Assembly: GCA_938003925.1 (NCBI GenBank)
Contig: CALKWQ010000023.1
Location: forward strand, 82,885 to 146,884
Source: an uncultured bacterium
GTDB taxonomy: Bacteria > Patescibacteriota > Patescibacteriia > Patescibacteriales > UBA12465
Direction of reading: 5' to 3'
DNA: 64,000 nucleotides
Shown here: in pieces, positions 19,159 to 27,936 of the stretch
Position numbering within the stretch: position 1 is the first letter of the stretch
Layout: every line of letters starts with the position of its first letter
The notes under the pieces: model-generated
The model's database searches: none
Told to the model about the DNA's origin: nothing
Seen by the model: the letters and a program-made list of their open reading frames with translations, nothing else
Position numbers and translations under genes: made by a program

Positions 19159-19174
19159 TGTTCTAGACGGAACA
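19159..19174. repeat. degenerate parS-like copy 5
   Basis: TGTTCTAGACGGAACA: the outer arms are conserved and the centre is diverged. Confidence 0.5.
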
Positions 19175-19225
19175 ATTATTAAAAAATAAAAGCAGAGACA
19201 AGATTATCCTAGACTTAAAAAATAA

Positions 19226-19252
19226 TAACAAAAAACTGGCTTACGCCAGTTC
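19226..19252 (-). terminator. intrinsic terminator downstream of tRNA-Ala
   Basis: The minus strand reads AACTGGC-GTAA-GCCAGTT followed by TTTTT. Confidence 0.7.
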
Positions 19253-19258
19253 TGAATG

Positions 19259-19332
19259 TGGACCATAAGGGACTTGAACCCTTGACCTCTTCCATGCCAT
19301 GGAAGCGCTCTAGCCAACTGAGCTAATGGCCC
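19259..19332 (-). tRNA. tRNA-Ala (anticodon GGC)
   Basis: Acceptor GGGCCAT with a G3:U70 pair, anticodon stem CTTCC/GGAAG, 7-nt loop ATGGCAT giving GGC. Confidence 0.75.
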
Positions 19333-19337
19333 AAAAT

Positions 19338-19353
19338 TGTTCTACGTAGAACA
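19338..19353. repeat. parS-like palindrome, copy 6, 5 nt upstream of the tRNA-Ala 5' end
   Basis: Perfect TGTTCTACGTAGAACA. Confidence 0.9.
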
Positions 19354-19434
19354 AATATAAATATTTTTTATCTACTATATAATAACTTATTTTCTAAAAA
19401 AGTCAATAACAATAAAAAAGAATCTTTGTCAATA

Positions 19435-19509
19435 ATGGTGCCCTCGCCAGGAATCGAACCTGGATTTAGAACTTAGGAGATTCTTGTTTTATCCATTAAA
19501 CTACAAGGG
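19435..19509 (-). tRNA. tRNA-Arg (anticodon CCU), CCA encoded
   Basis: Acceptor GCCCTTG/CGAGGGC, anticodon stem AGAAT/GTTCT, loop CTCCTAA, T arm CCAGG-TTCGATT-CCTGG. Confidence 0.8.
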
Positions 19510-19595
19510 CGAGGTTAAGATAATAATAGCCGAAAAAAAAGATTTTGACAACCCTCGTCAATCTATTTTTTATTATAATAACATTAAATAAATTT

Positions 19596-19624
19596 TTGAC
19601 AAAGATGAAAATATATACTAAAAT
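19596..19624 (+). promoter_or_regulatory. sigma70-type promoter (TTGACA-17-TAAAAT) for the bactofilin gene
   Basis: Read directly from the sequence. Confidence 0.5.
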
Positions 19625-19702
19625 AAAATCAGTAAAATATTTAAGTAATTTCATTAAATATCAGTCTTAAAATTAAAAATCTGTCCCGATGGAGGAGGCG
19701 GA

Positions 19703-20116
19703 TTGTTTAAATTTATGTTTAATAAGGACAACAAATTAGAAAAATTCAAAGACGCTGAAACTATTATTGGCGCTTCCATTAAAGTTAAAGGCAATTTTAA
19801 TGGTCAAGGAGATATTGTAATTGAGGGCATGCTTGAGGGCTCACTTAAAACCGAAGCTAATGTTTTTATTGGTGAAAAAGCAAAAGTAAACGCCAATATT
19901 GAAGCTAGTGAAGCAATGATTAGTGGAGAAATAAGCGGTAATATAAAGATAAAAAAATATTTAGCTATTGGAAAAACAGCTAAGATTGGTGGAGATGTGC
20001 AGTGTGGCGAAATCTCTATCGAGCGCGGCGCCTCTATTACCGGACAAATCTTGGTCGCCACAGATGAAGTTAAAAAGAATGACAATAAAAAAATCAGACC
20101 TGAAGAAGAGGCCTAA
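19703..20116 (+). CDS. bactofilin (polymer-forming cytoskeletal protein)
   Basis: Beta-helical repeat pattern IKVKGNFNGQGDIVIEGMLEGSLKTEANVFIGEKAKVNANIEA... A TTG start sits 7 nt after the GGAGGAGG SD. Confidence 0.8.
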   Translation: MFKFMFNKDNKLEKFKDAETIIGASIKVKGNFNGQGDIVIEGMLEGSLKTEANVFIGEKAKVNANIEASEAMISGEISGNIKIKKYLAIGKTAKIGGDVQCGEISIERGASITGQILVATDEVKKNDNKKIRPEEEA

Positions 20117-20133
20117 TAGCTGCGGCTTTATTT

Positions 20134-20877
20134 ATGAATGCTTACATTTACGATGATTTTCTCAATAAAAGCCGTTATCGCCGCGCTTTAAATAAGGTTG
20201 AAATTCGCCTAACAGATCTCGGATTAAATGGTAAGATTATTCGTTTGGGCGCAATTAAAAACGTCAAGGAAGTTATCCAAACAGAAATTAAAAATGGGAT
20301 TAAGAATATAATTGCTGTTGGAAACAACGAAACTGCCAATAAGGTCATCAGCGCGATGATAACTAATAAAACTTACGGATTTTTTCAAAAAGATATCCTG
20401 TTTTCTATTATCCCAATCGGTGATAATAACTCAATTGCAGCCTCTTTTGGCATTAAAAAAGAAGATGATGCGTGCAACATTTTGCTTGCCAGACGAATTA
20501 AAAAAATAGACATAGCTTTAGCGGGTAATAACATCTTTCTAAACAAAGCTGAATTAGTAAGTGATAATGCTCAAATTAAGATTGGCGAAGATTACGTTTT
20601 AGAATTAACCAAAAAAACCAAAGTAAAAATAGTCAACCTCAACGATGACGCTGATCTTGTTTATAAAGAACGAATTGACCCCTGTGATAATCTTTTAAAC
20701 CTGGTGATTAATAACCGCGGCATTGATAACACTTTTATCACTAGTAGTGATATCCGCGTCTCTGGAGAGGGCCAATTAATTTTAGACGAATCTGTTAGCG
20801 TCCCCCTACCTACAGATGTTGGTATTATTTCTGAAAAAATCAACATTATCGTGGGAAAAGATAGAAGCTTTAATTAA
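20134..20877 (+). CDS. diacylglycerol/lipid-kinase-like protein with a degenerate catalytic loop
   Basis: The layout and IIAVGNNETANKVISAM resemble the GGDGT loop region of the DAGK_cat fold, but the glycines and Asp are replaced. Confidence 0.3.
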   Translation: MNAYIYDDFLNKSRYRRALNKVEIRLTDLGLNGKIIRLGAIKNVKEVIQTEIKNGIKNIIAVGNNETANKVISAMITNKTYGFFQKDILFSIIPIGDNNSIAASFGIKKEDDACNILLARRIKKIDIALAGNNIFLNKAELVSDNAQIKIGEDYVLELTKKTKVKIVNLNDDADLVYKERIDPCDNLLNLVINNRGIDNTFITSSDIRVSGEGQLILDESVSVPLPTDVGIISEKINIIVGKDRSFN

Positions 20878-20903
20878 AAAAACCGGGTTGACCCGGTTTT
20901 TTG
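20877..20903. terminator. bidirectional intrinsic terminator
   Basis: AAAAAACCGGGTTGACCCGGTTTTTT. Confidence 0.7.
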
Positions 20904-20918
20904 TTTTTTTATATTATT

Positions 20919-21659
20919 TTATTTAATAACCTCACCCTCTACCACTGAGGTTGTTTTTTGAGTGCGAGCAATGAGCGTTTGTTGTAATACGGTTAAAAGG
21001 GTCATGACTAACCAATACATGGTTAAGCCGCCGGGCAAGGTAACGCCTATAAAAACAGTTAAGGCCGGCATAAAATAAAGCATTTGCTTATTCATGATTG
21101 CCGACATACTATCCTCCTTGGTAGCATTGGTATCTTTTTGAACTTTTTTGGCCATCATCATCTTGGCTTGCCAAAATTGAGCCGCTCCAGCCATAACAGC
21201 TAAATAAATATTGGGCTTGGAAAGATCGAGAAAGCCCAAAAAAACACTGTTAATTACTTCTGGTCGCTGAATAAAAGGATACACCAATTCCAAATGTTTA
21301 CTCAAACCATCTCTAAAAACCTGATAAACAGCAATAAAGAAAGGCAATTGTAGTAATAAGGGTAAGCAAGAAGAAAAAGGGTTAACCTTGTGCTCTTTGT
21401 ATATGTCCATAAGGGCTCTGCCCATTTCCTGTTGCTTGTCTTTATATTGTACCTTTAGTTCTTCAATTTTGGGTTGTAACTCTTGTAGGGCCTTCTGGGA
21501 TTGAATTGATTTACGAGACAGCGGCCATAAAATTAATTTAATCAAAACGGTCAGCAAAATAATAGCCACCCCTAAATCTTGTAAAGAGATAGTATTATAA
21601 AGAAAAACCAAAAGATTTAAAATTGGCTGATAAAAAATGACTTGAAATAAGTGATACAT
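20919..21659 (-). CDS. yidC: membrane protein insertase YidC (short form)
   Basis: PILNLLVFLYN, KPNPFSSCLPLLLQLPFFIAVYQ-type motifs and conserved synteny with rnpA. Confidence 0.85.
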   Translation of the reverse strand: MYHLFQVIFYQPILNLLVFLYNTISLQDLGVAIILLTVLIKLILWPLSRKSIQSQKALQELQPKIEELKVQYKDKQQEMGRALMDIYKEHKVNPFSSCLPLLLQLPFFIAVYQVFRDGLSKHLELVYPFIQRPEVINSVFLGFLDLSKPNIYLAVMAGAAQFWQAKMMMAKKVQKDTNATKEDSMSAIMNKQMLYFMPALTVFIGVTLPGGLTMYWLVMTLLTVLQQTLIARTQKTTSVVEGEVIK

Positions 21660-21663
21660 AGTT

Positions 21664-21921
21664 TTATTTTAAGGGGTCGTGCCCACCCTTATTAAAAGGA
21701 TTGCAGCGCAATATACGCCAGGCAGTCTTTAACCCACCTTTAATGGGTCCGTATTTAGTAATAGCTTCGATACCGTAGTTAGAACAAGTAGGATAAAAAC
21801 GACAAAATCCGTGAGGATAAAAAAATTTAAGAGGACCGTGGTCGAAAGAAAGGGTTTTTTGATACAACCTGATTAAAGCGATAAAAATAAGTCCAAAGAA
21901 TTGGGAAAAATACCGCCACAT
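21664..21921 (-). CDS. yidD: membrane protein insertion efficiency factor YidD
   Basis: [15 protein letters not shown]...RILRCNPF motif. I prefer the ATG at 21921 to the longer track ORF that overlaps rnpA. Confidence 0.8.
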   Translation of the reverse strand: MWRYFSQFFGLIFIALIRLYQKTLSFDHGPLKFFYPHGFCRFYPTCSNYGIEAITKYGPIKGGLKTAWRILRCNPFNKGGHDPLK

Positions 21922-21925
21922 ATCT

Positions 21926-22264
21926 TTATTTTTTTCTAATTTTAGAAAAAATATTTTCAAAATCAGCTTCAACGTCAACCAGTTTAGCTGTTTTAATTAA
22001 GGGTAGAGCAATTATAACACAATCGGCAAAAAAAGGTAATTTTTTGACTTTTCTTTCTAGGGCGGTAAAGACTAGCCGTTTGAGTCGGTGACGATTGACC
22101 GCACTTTTATCTATTTTTAAACCTAAAATTAAACCAAAACGAGAATAATCCAAATCGTTTTTAATAATTTTAACGCCTAAAAACCGCCCGTATATACTAC
22201 GGCCGGTTTTAAAAACTCTTTCAAAATCTTTATTTAGGTAAATTTTCTTAACTCTTGGCAACAT
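21926..22264 (-). CDS. rnpA: ribonuclease P protein component
   Basis: Basic 112-aa protein ([10 protein letters not shown]) located between rpmH and yidD. Confidence 0.8.
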   Translation of the reverse strand: MLPRVKKIYLNKDFERVFKTGRSIYGRFLGVKIIKNDLDYSRFGLILGLKIDKSAVNRHRLKRLVFTALERKVKKLPFFADCVIIALPLIKTAKLVDVEADFENIFSKIRKK

Positions 22265-22278
22265 GGCGGCTTAGCCAA

Positions 22279-22416
22279 CTATTTAGACAAAACCTCGCGT
22301 CCTTTGTCGCGACGACGCTTCAAAACATCACGACCATCTTTAGTACTCATGCGCTTAAGAAATCCGTGTTTTTTTGAGGCTCTTTTCTTGTTTGGTTGGT
22401 ACGTTCTTTTAGGCAT
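22279..22416 (-). CDS. rpmH: 50S ribosomal protein L34 (below the ORF-track size cutoff)
   Basis: My translation: [45 protein letters not shown]. Confidence 0.9.
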   Translation of the reverse strand: MPKRTYQPNKKRASKKHGFLKRMSTKDGRDVLKRRRDKGREVLSK

Positions 22417-22533
22417 AATTTGGTATTTATTAAACAATTATAACTAACATAACACTAATTTTTTAAAAGGTCAATATTTTGAGACTTAAACTTATGCACC
22501 TATTATAAACACCTTGTAAACACTGCTTTGTCT

Positions 22534-22561
22534 TGTGGATAGCCTTTTTATCCCCTATAAT
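22534..22561 (+). promoter_or_regulatory. inverted pair of DnaA-box-like 9-mers abutting a TATAAT -10 upstream of dnaA
   Basis: TGTGGATAG (22534-22542, 8/9 to TGTGGATAA), TTATCCCCT (22548-22556, 7/9) and TATAAT (22556-22561). Confidence 0.5.
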
Positions 22562-22582
22562 AAAAGCATATATATTTACCTT

Positions 22583-23974
22583 ATGAATAATGAACAAATT
22601 TGGCAAGCGACTTTAGGAGAGTTAGAAATTAATTTATCTAGAGTTAATTTTGTTACTTGGTTTAAAGATACTTTTTTAGCTTCTTTTGAAAATGGGCGCG
22701 CTATTGTTTGTGTTCCTAATGCTTTTGTAAAAAAGTGGTTAGAAGAAAAATACCACAAGAACATTGTTAACTCTTTAGAAAATATTACGAAACAAAAATT
22801 ACAAGAGATTATCTATAAAATTGAATTACATCGTCCTGAAAAATCTAATTATGCCCAAAATCCAACAACAGAAAATATACCCCAAACAAACGTACAAGCT
22901 GAAGCAACCATTAAACCCTCAACCAACACCAATACTACTAACCGCTTTGGTCTAAACCCAAAATATGTATTTGAGAACTTTGTGGTTGGGCGTGGTAATG
23001 AATTAGCGCACGCAGCTTGTCGAGCGGTAGTTAATAATCTCGGCAAGGCTTATAACCCCCTCTTCATATATGGTGGCGTTGGTTTAGGAAAAACCCACCT
23101 ACTCCAAGCCATTGGTAACGAAGTGGCAAAGCATAACGATAAAATACTATATACCACCAGTGAAAAATTCACCAACAACTATATTCAGGCAGTGCAAACA
23201 GGTAAAGCTAAAGATTTTAAAAACATGTACCGCAATGTTGATTTACTTTTGGTTGATGATGTGCAGTTTATGGGCGGGAAAGATGGCACACAAGAAGAAT
23301 TTTTTCATACTTTTAACGAGCTTCAGCAGGGAGACAAGCAAATTGTTATGACTTCAGATCGTCCCCCAAAATCTATTCCCGCTATTGAAAAAAGGTTAAT
23401 TTCTCGTTTTGAATCAGGCATGGTGGCTGATGTGGGTAAACCAGACGTAGAAACAAAGATAGCAATTTTAGAAAAAAAATCTCTAGAAAAAAGTTTTCCC
23501 TTAGATAAAGATGTTTTAATTTATATAGCTAATAATGTCCAAAACAATATTCGTGAGTTAGAGGGTGCCCTAAATAAAGTGGTGGTAATCCATCAATTAA
23601 ATAATTCCGTCCCAACTCTTAAAAGTGTAAAAAATGCTCTTAGCGATTATGTTTCTAGTTTGCAGGTTAAATCTTTGAGTCCTAAGGATATTATTGAAGC
23701 TGTGGCCAGATTTTATGATGTTAATATTAAGGATTTAATTGGTAATAGCCGTCGTAAAGAATTGGTTGGCCCCAGACAGGCCGCTATTTATTTGATAAGA
23801 GAGGAGCTTAACACCTCTTATCCCAGTATCGGCCAAGAAATGGGTGGCCGCGATCACACCACCGCCATGCACGCCTACAATAAAATTCTAAACGAGATTA
23901 AGGAGAATGAAAATGAAAAGCTAAAACAAGAGCTGGAGTCTATCAAACAATTATTTACAAGCTCCCCGTATTAA
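22583..23974 (+). CDS. dnaA: chromosomal replication initiator DnaA
   Basis: Walker A GGVGLGKTHL, LLVDDVQF, the AAA+ sensor and the C-terminal DNA-binding RDHTTAMHA. The track GTG at 22535 lies inside a DnaA box, so I use the ATG at 22583. Confidence 0.93.
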   Translation: MNNEQIWQATLGELEINLSRVNFVTWFKDTFLASFENGRAIVCVPNAFVKKWLEEKYHKNIVNSLENITKQKLQEIIYKIELHRPEKSNYAQNPTTENIPQTNVQAEATIKPSTNTNTTNRFGLNPKYVFENFVVGRGNELAHAACRAVVNNLGKAYNPLFIYGGVGLGKTHLLQAIGNEVAKHNDKILYTTSEKFTNNYIQAVQTGKAKDFKNMYRNVDLLLVDDVQFMGGKDGTQEEFFHTFNELQQGDKQIVMTSDRPPKSIPAIEKRLISRFESGMVADVGKPDVETKIAILEKKSLEKSFPLDKDVLIYIANNVQNNIRELEGALNKVVVIHQLNNSVPTLKSVKNALSDYVSSLQVKSLSPKDIIEAVARFYDVNIKDLIGNSRRKELVGPRQAAIYLIREELNTSYPSIGQEMGGRDHTTAMHAYNKILNEIKENENEKLKQELESIKQLFTSSPY

Positions 23975-24236
23975 TGTGGAAGATGTGTGTATAAATTACA
24001 AAAAACTGATGATAACCATGTGATTAAACGACTAATAATAAGTTCAGAAAACGGACTATTAACACAACCCCATTCAATATTAACAAAACAATCTTGTGGT
24101 TTGCCCCGTTAATTAATAGTTTAAAACACAGGCAAATATATTTAATAATAGCTAATAAAAAGCTTAAAAAATTTTTCTCCACAAGCATTATTATTACTAT
24201 TATTAAAATATATATAAATTATATAATATAATAAAT
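23975..24236. other. putative oriC (dnaA-dnaN intergenic region: DnaA-box-like 9-mers plus an AT-only unwinding stretch)
   Basis: TGTGGAAGA 23975-23983, TGTGTATAA 23986-23994 (8/9), TGTGGTTTG 24095-24103, TTCTCCACA 24175-24183 (8/9). 24187-24236 consists of A and T only. Confidence 0.6.
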
Positions 24237-25358
24237 ATGAAGTTTATATGTTTGCAAGATAATTTAAAAAAGGGGTTGGCTCTGGTTAGTCATATAAATA
24301 ATAAGAATATAAACTTACCGATTTTAAATAATATTCTATTTAAAGCAAATGATGGCGGAGTAGAGTTGATTAGCACCAATTTAGAGATAGGTATCACCCA
24401 CCAACTTCGTGGCAAGGTAGAGGAAATTGGAGAATTTACGGTTGATGCTAAAATTATCAGTGATTATGCCAACCTACTACCAGAAGAAAAGGTTGAGCTT
24501 AAAGAAGTTGACAGTGAAATATCTTTAAAGTGTGGTAATTATAAGACCAAAATAAAAGGAGAGTCTTCTAAGGAGTTTCCACTGATACCCGTTATAGATC
24601 GCGGTAATTTCTGTGAGTTTAATATTTTTGATTTTAAAAAGGCTTTAAGTAGTGTTGCTTTTGCGGTTGCTAATAATGACAACCGCCTGGAGTTGTCTGG
24701 TGTCTCTTTTATTTTTAGTGATAATATTTTAACCCTAGCTGCTACTGATAGTTATCGTTTGGCTGAGAGAAAGATTGTGATTAAGGGTGGTAATATTAAC
24801 AACAGTCAACTAATTGTGCCGTCTCGCACCATCCAGGAAGTTTTAAGAATAATTTCAAATTTCAGCGCCGATGCTCAAACTATTGAATCTGATATTGTTA
24901 AGATTTATGTTTCCGATAATCAAATTTTATTCTCTTTAGATTCGGTGGAAATTATATCGCGCTTAATTAGTGGTCAATACCCCGATTACAGACAAATTAT
25001 TCCAGATAAGTATAAAACTGAAGTGGTTTTGAGAAGGCAGGATTTAATTAGGGCTATTAAAGCCTCGTCCATTTTTTCTAAAACTGGTATTTATGATATT
25101 TCTCTGGTTTTAAAAAAGTCTTTGGTTAATGTTTATTCCTCTTCCGGCCAGAGTGGTGAGAGCTCTATTGATTTAAGCGCTGAAGTTAATGGGGATGATA
25201 ATGATATTACTATTAATTATCGTTATCTTTTGGATGGTTTGAATATTATTGAAAGCGAGCTTGTTAATTTAAGAGTAATTAATAACAACACTCCTTGCGC
25301 TCTATCTTCCCCAGAAGATGAAAACTATCTCTATATAGTAATGCCTATTAGAAATTAG
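24237..25358 (+). CDS. dnaN: DNA polymerase III beta sliding clamp
   Basis: 373 aa; LTLAATDSYRLAE and SGQYPDYRQIIP motifs; located after dnaA. Confidence 0.9.
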   Translation: MKFICLQDNLKKGLALVSHINNKNINLPILNNILFKANDGGVELISTNLEIGITHQLRGKVEEIGEFTVDAKIISDYANLLPEEKVELKEVDSEISLKCGNYKTKIKGESSKEFPLIPVIDRGNFCEFNIFDFKKALSSVAFAVANNDNRLELSGVSFIFSDNILTLAATDSYRLAERKIVIKGGNINNSQLIVPSRTIQEVLRIISNFSADAQTIESDIVKIYVSDNQILFSLDSVEIISRLISGQYPDYRQIIPDKYKTEVVLRRQDLIRAIKASSIFSKTGIYDISLVLKKSLVNVYSSSGQSGESSIDLSAEVNGDDNDITINYRYLLDGLNIIESELVNLRVINNNTPCALSSPEDENYLYIVMPIRN

Positions 25359-25375
25359 AGTTATTTTACTTTATT

Positions 25376-25405
25376 AAAAAGAGCCGCTAATTAGCGGCTC
25401 TTTCT
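25376..25405. terminator. bidirectional intrinsic terminator
   Basis: AAAAAGAGCCGCTA-AT-TAGCGGCTCTTTCT. Confidence 0.7.
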
Positions 25406-25418
25406 GTTATTTGTTTTA

Positions 25419-27935
25419 TCAGTTTCTAATTAAATTAAAATTTACAGTTTTTTCTTGGCAATTTCCAACATCATCACATGCTGTTACTTTAATTTTATGA
25501 TATCCATTTTCAAGTCCATCTAGGGCGACATTTATTTCGCTGTCCAGGTTATTACTGATTAAAGCCGACTCATTAATAAAATATTTAATTGACTTAACAC
25601 CACGAGGAGCTGAGCTAATTATTTTTACCGGCAAAATATTTTGGTTGACAATATCGCCCTCTAAGGGTGTTTGTATTTCTATGGTTGGTCTATTTTCCTC
25701 TTTAATGAGCTCCGAATTATTTATTAATTCTTCGTTTGATGATTGTTGATTTTTTTCAGCCCAAGATTTTATAGCCTCTTCCCAAGCATTAAATTGCGGG
25801 TCTTGACTGGGATCTTCTGGTTCTGGTCCTAAGGGGTCTGTGCGATCAACATAAAAAAGTATGCTGTGGTGATTGAAAACTTCCGTTTCCACTTTTAACT
25901 CTTCGGGAGTATCTGTGCCCGCGGGCAAACCTGTTTCTTTGTTAATAATTATTTTTTTGGAATAACTAATTTCTCCATCAATAGCCGCCTTGCCAGTCTT
26001 TTCTCCGGACCAAGGATTAAATGTTTCTATTGGTCCATCACCCAAAGACCTTTTCATAAATTCATTCCAAATAGGAGCCGCCACCACACTACCATCGGCA
26101 CCGGTGCTCATTTTAGAGTTGTCGGTGTTACCCACCCAAACGCCGGCCACTAATGATGGAGTATAACCAATAGTCCAGGCATCCTTGTAGTCGTTTGTGG
26201 TGCCCGTCTTAGCTGCGACGGGCCTGTTTCCGAGGGTGAGCCAGTTTTTGGCACCAAAGACGAAGGTGCGGGCCTCATTGTCGCTTAAAACACTATTTAT
26301 CATTTGGGCGGTTTTAGTAGTTAGGGCCCTACTCTCCTTGGCTTGATATTCCTCCAACACCCTGCCGTCTTTGTCCTCAATTTTTAAAATAATAGCTAGC
26401 TGATTTACTTTACCCTCACGAGCAAAAGCGCTATAAGCATTAACATGCTCTATCATTTTTATTTCTCCACCACCTAAAACTAAAGACAAGCCAAAACGAT
26501 TACGGTCGCTTAAGGTGCTATAACCAAGGTTTTCAGCTAGGTTAATCACTTGATTTATGCCAGCTAAATATATAGCCTTTACAGCTGGAATATTAAGTGA
26601 TCCAGCCAGGGCTTGACGAATGCTAATCGGTCCATGTTCTTGGCCATCATAATTATGAGGTATATATGGTTCGGCGGAGCCTGTAGAAAAGTTAGTTACC
26701 ACGTCATATAGTTTGGTGTCTGGAGTATAGCCCTGTTCAAATAAAGCAGCATAAACAATAGGCTTCATAGATGATCCTGGTTGTCTGGGTCTATCAGTGA
26801 CGTTTACTTGACCATCAATGGTGTCATCAAAGTAATTACGTGAGCCTACCATTGCTAACACTTGTCCAGTTTTTGGATCAATGGCAGTTAGGGCGGCATT
26901 ATTGGCATTATATTTTTCTTGGTAATTAGCTGTTTTTTCTTGAATAACCTCCTCGGCTATCTTTTGCTTGTCCCAATCAATTGTGGTGTATATTTTTAGC
27001 CCACCCCTTTCTACCTCGGTTTCGCCATATTTTTCCGAGAGAATATCTTTAACCATCATGACGAAGTGAGGGGCGGTAATGCTAGTTTCAGCTCTTTCAA
27101 ATTTTAACTCAAAACTCTTGGCGGCATCTTTTTCCGCTTCAGATATATAACCCTGTTCAGACATTACATCTAAGATATAATCTTTTCTGCCCATTAAAAT
27201 ATCCTGGTTAGAACCATAGGGCGAATAACGGCTAGGCGCTTGAGGTAGGGCGGCCAATAGAGCTGCTTCTGCTAAGTTTACCTCTCGAACACTCTTGCCA
27301 AAAAACTTTTGGCTAGCAGCCTCAACTCCATAGGCATTAGATCCATAAGGTATTTCATTAAGGTACATTTGCAGGATTTCATCTTTGCTAAACTTTTTTT
27401 CAATACGCTGAGCTAGTACGATTTCTTTGATTTTTCGGACATAGCTTTTTTCTGAACTCAAGATAGCATTTTTTACAAATTGCTGAGTCAGAGTGGAGCC
27501 ACCCGCTTTGCGGTTATAGAGTACATTAGTAACTAGCGTTCTAAACATTGCCCACAAACTAAAACCACCGTGTTTGTAAAAATTCTTATCTTCAATCGCT
27601 ACGGTAGCGTGTTTTACGTGGTCTGGGATTTCCTCAAGACTAATTAGGGTCCTTTTCTCTTCGCCGTGAATTTCATATAAGATGTGTTCACCGCTGCGAT
27701 CGTATATTTTTGTGCTCTGGGCAACTTCTCGGTCAATTAATTGGTTGGGCTTAGGCAGGTCACGCGATATCCAAGCTAGTACAATTAAGGCAGACAACAA
27801 ACCCAAGGCTGCCATAATCACTATAATTAGAAACAACCTTTGTTTTAAATTTTTTTTCTTCTTTTTGGACTCAGGCTTGTCTCGCCAAAACTCAGCCTTA
27901 GGAGCAGAGACGGTTTTTAGCTTAGGTATGGGCAT
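25419..27935 (-). CDS. class A penicillin-binding protein (glycosyltransferase plus transpeptidase) with a C-terminal Ig-like extension
   Basis: GT51 motifs ATVAIEDKNFYKHGG and GGSTLTQQ. Transpeptidase motifs SSMKP (SxxK), SLN and KTGTT. Confidence 0.9.
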   Translation of the reverse strand: MPIPKLKTVSAPKAEFWRDKPESKKKKKNLKQRLFLIIVIMAALGLLSALIVLAWISRDLPKPNQLIDREVAQSTKIYDRSGEHILYEIHGEEKRTLISLEEIPDHVKHATVAIEDKNFYKHGGFSLWAMFRTLVTNVLYNRKAGGSTLTQQFVKNAILSSEKSYVRKIKEIVLAQRIEKKFSKDEILQMYLNEIPYGSNAYGVEAASQKFFGKSVREVNLAEAALLAALPQAPSRYSPYGSNQDILMGRKDYILDVMSEQGYISEAEKDAAKSFELKFERAETSITAPHFVMMVKDILSEKYGETEVERGGLKIYTTIDWDKQKIAEEVIQEKTANYQEKYNANNAALTAIDPKTGQVLAMVGSRNYFDDTIDGQVNVTDRPRQPGSSMKPIVYAALFEQGYTPDTKLYDVVTNFSTGSAEPYIPHNYDGQEHGPISIRQALAGSLNIPAVKAIYLAGINQVINLAENLGYSTLSDRNRFGLSLVLGGGEIKMIEHVNAYSAFAREGKVNQLAIILKIEDKDGRVLEEYQAKESRALTTKTAQMINSVLSDNEARTFVFGAKNWLTLGNRPVAAKTGTTNDYKDAWTIGYTPSLVAGVWVGNTDNSKMSTGADGSVVAAPIWNEFMKRSLGDGPIETFNPWSGEKTGKAAIDGEISYSKKIIINKETGLPAGTDTPEELKVETEVFNHHSILFYVDRTDPLGPEPEDPSQDPQFNAWEEAIKSWAEKNQQSSNEELINNSELIKEENRPTIEIQTPLEGDIVNQNILPVKIISSAPRGVKSIKYFINESALISNNLDSEINVALDGLENGYHKIKVTACDDVGNCQEKTVNFNLIRN

Positions 27936-27936
27936 A

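Noticed and set aside
19259-19332. Reading this tRNA as tRNA-Met/Ile2 because CAT appears in the anticodon region
   Set aside because: With a 5-bp anticodon stem (CTTCC/GGAAG) the 7-nt loop is ATGGCAT. That places GGC at positions 34-36, with U33 and A37 as expected. The acceptor stem carries the alanine identity pair G3:U70.
22535-22582. Longer dnaA ORF starting at the GTG at 22535 (and similarly infC from 58960, the CsoR-like gene from 47050, yidD from 21978, and GT2 from 14523)
   Set aside because: The extensions overlap DnaA boxes and the promoter, a tRNA terminator, the operator palindrome, or the upstream gene. Downstream ATGs give N-termini typical for each family.
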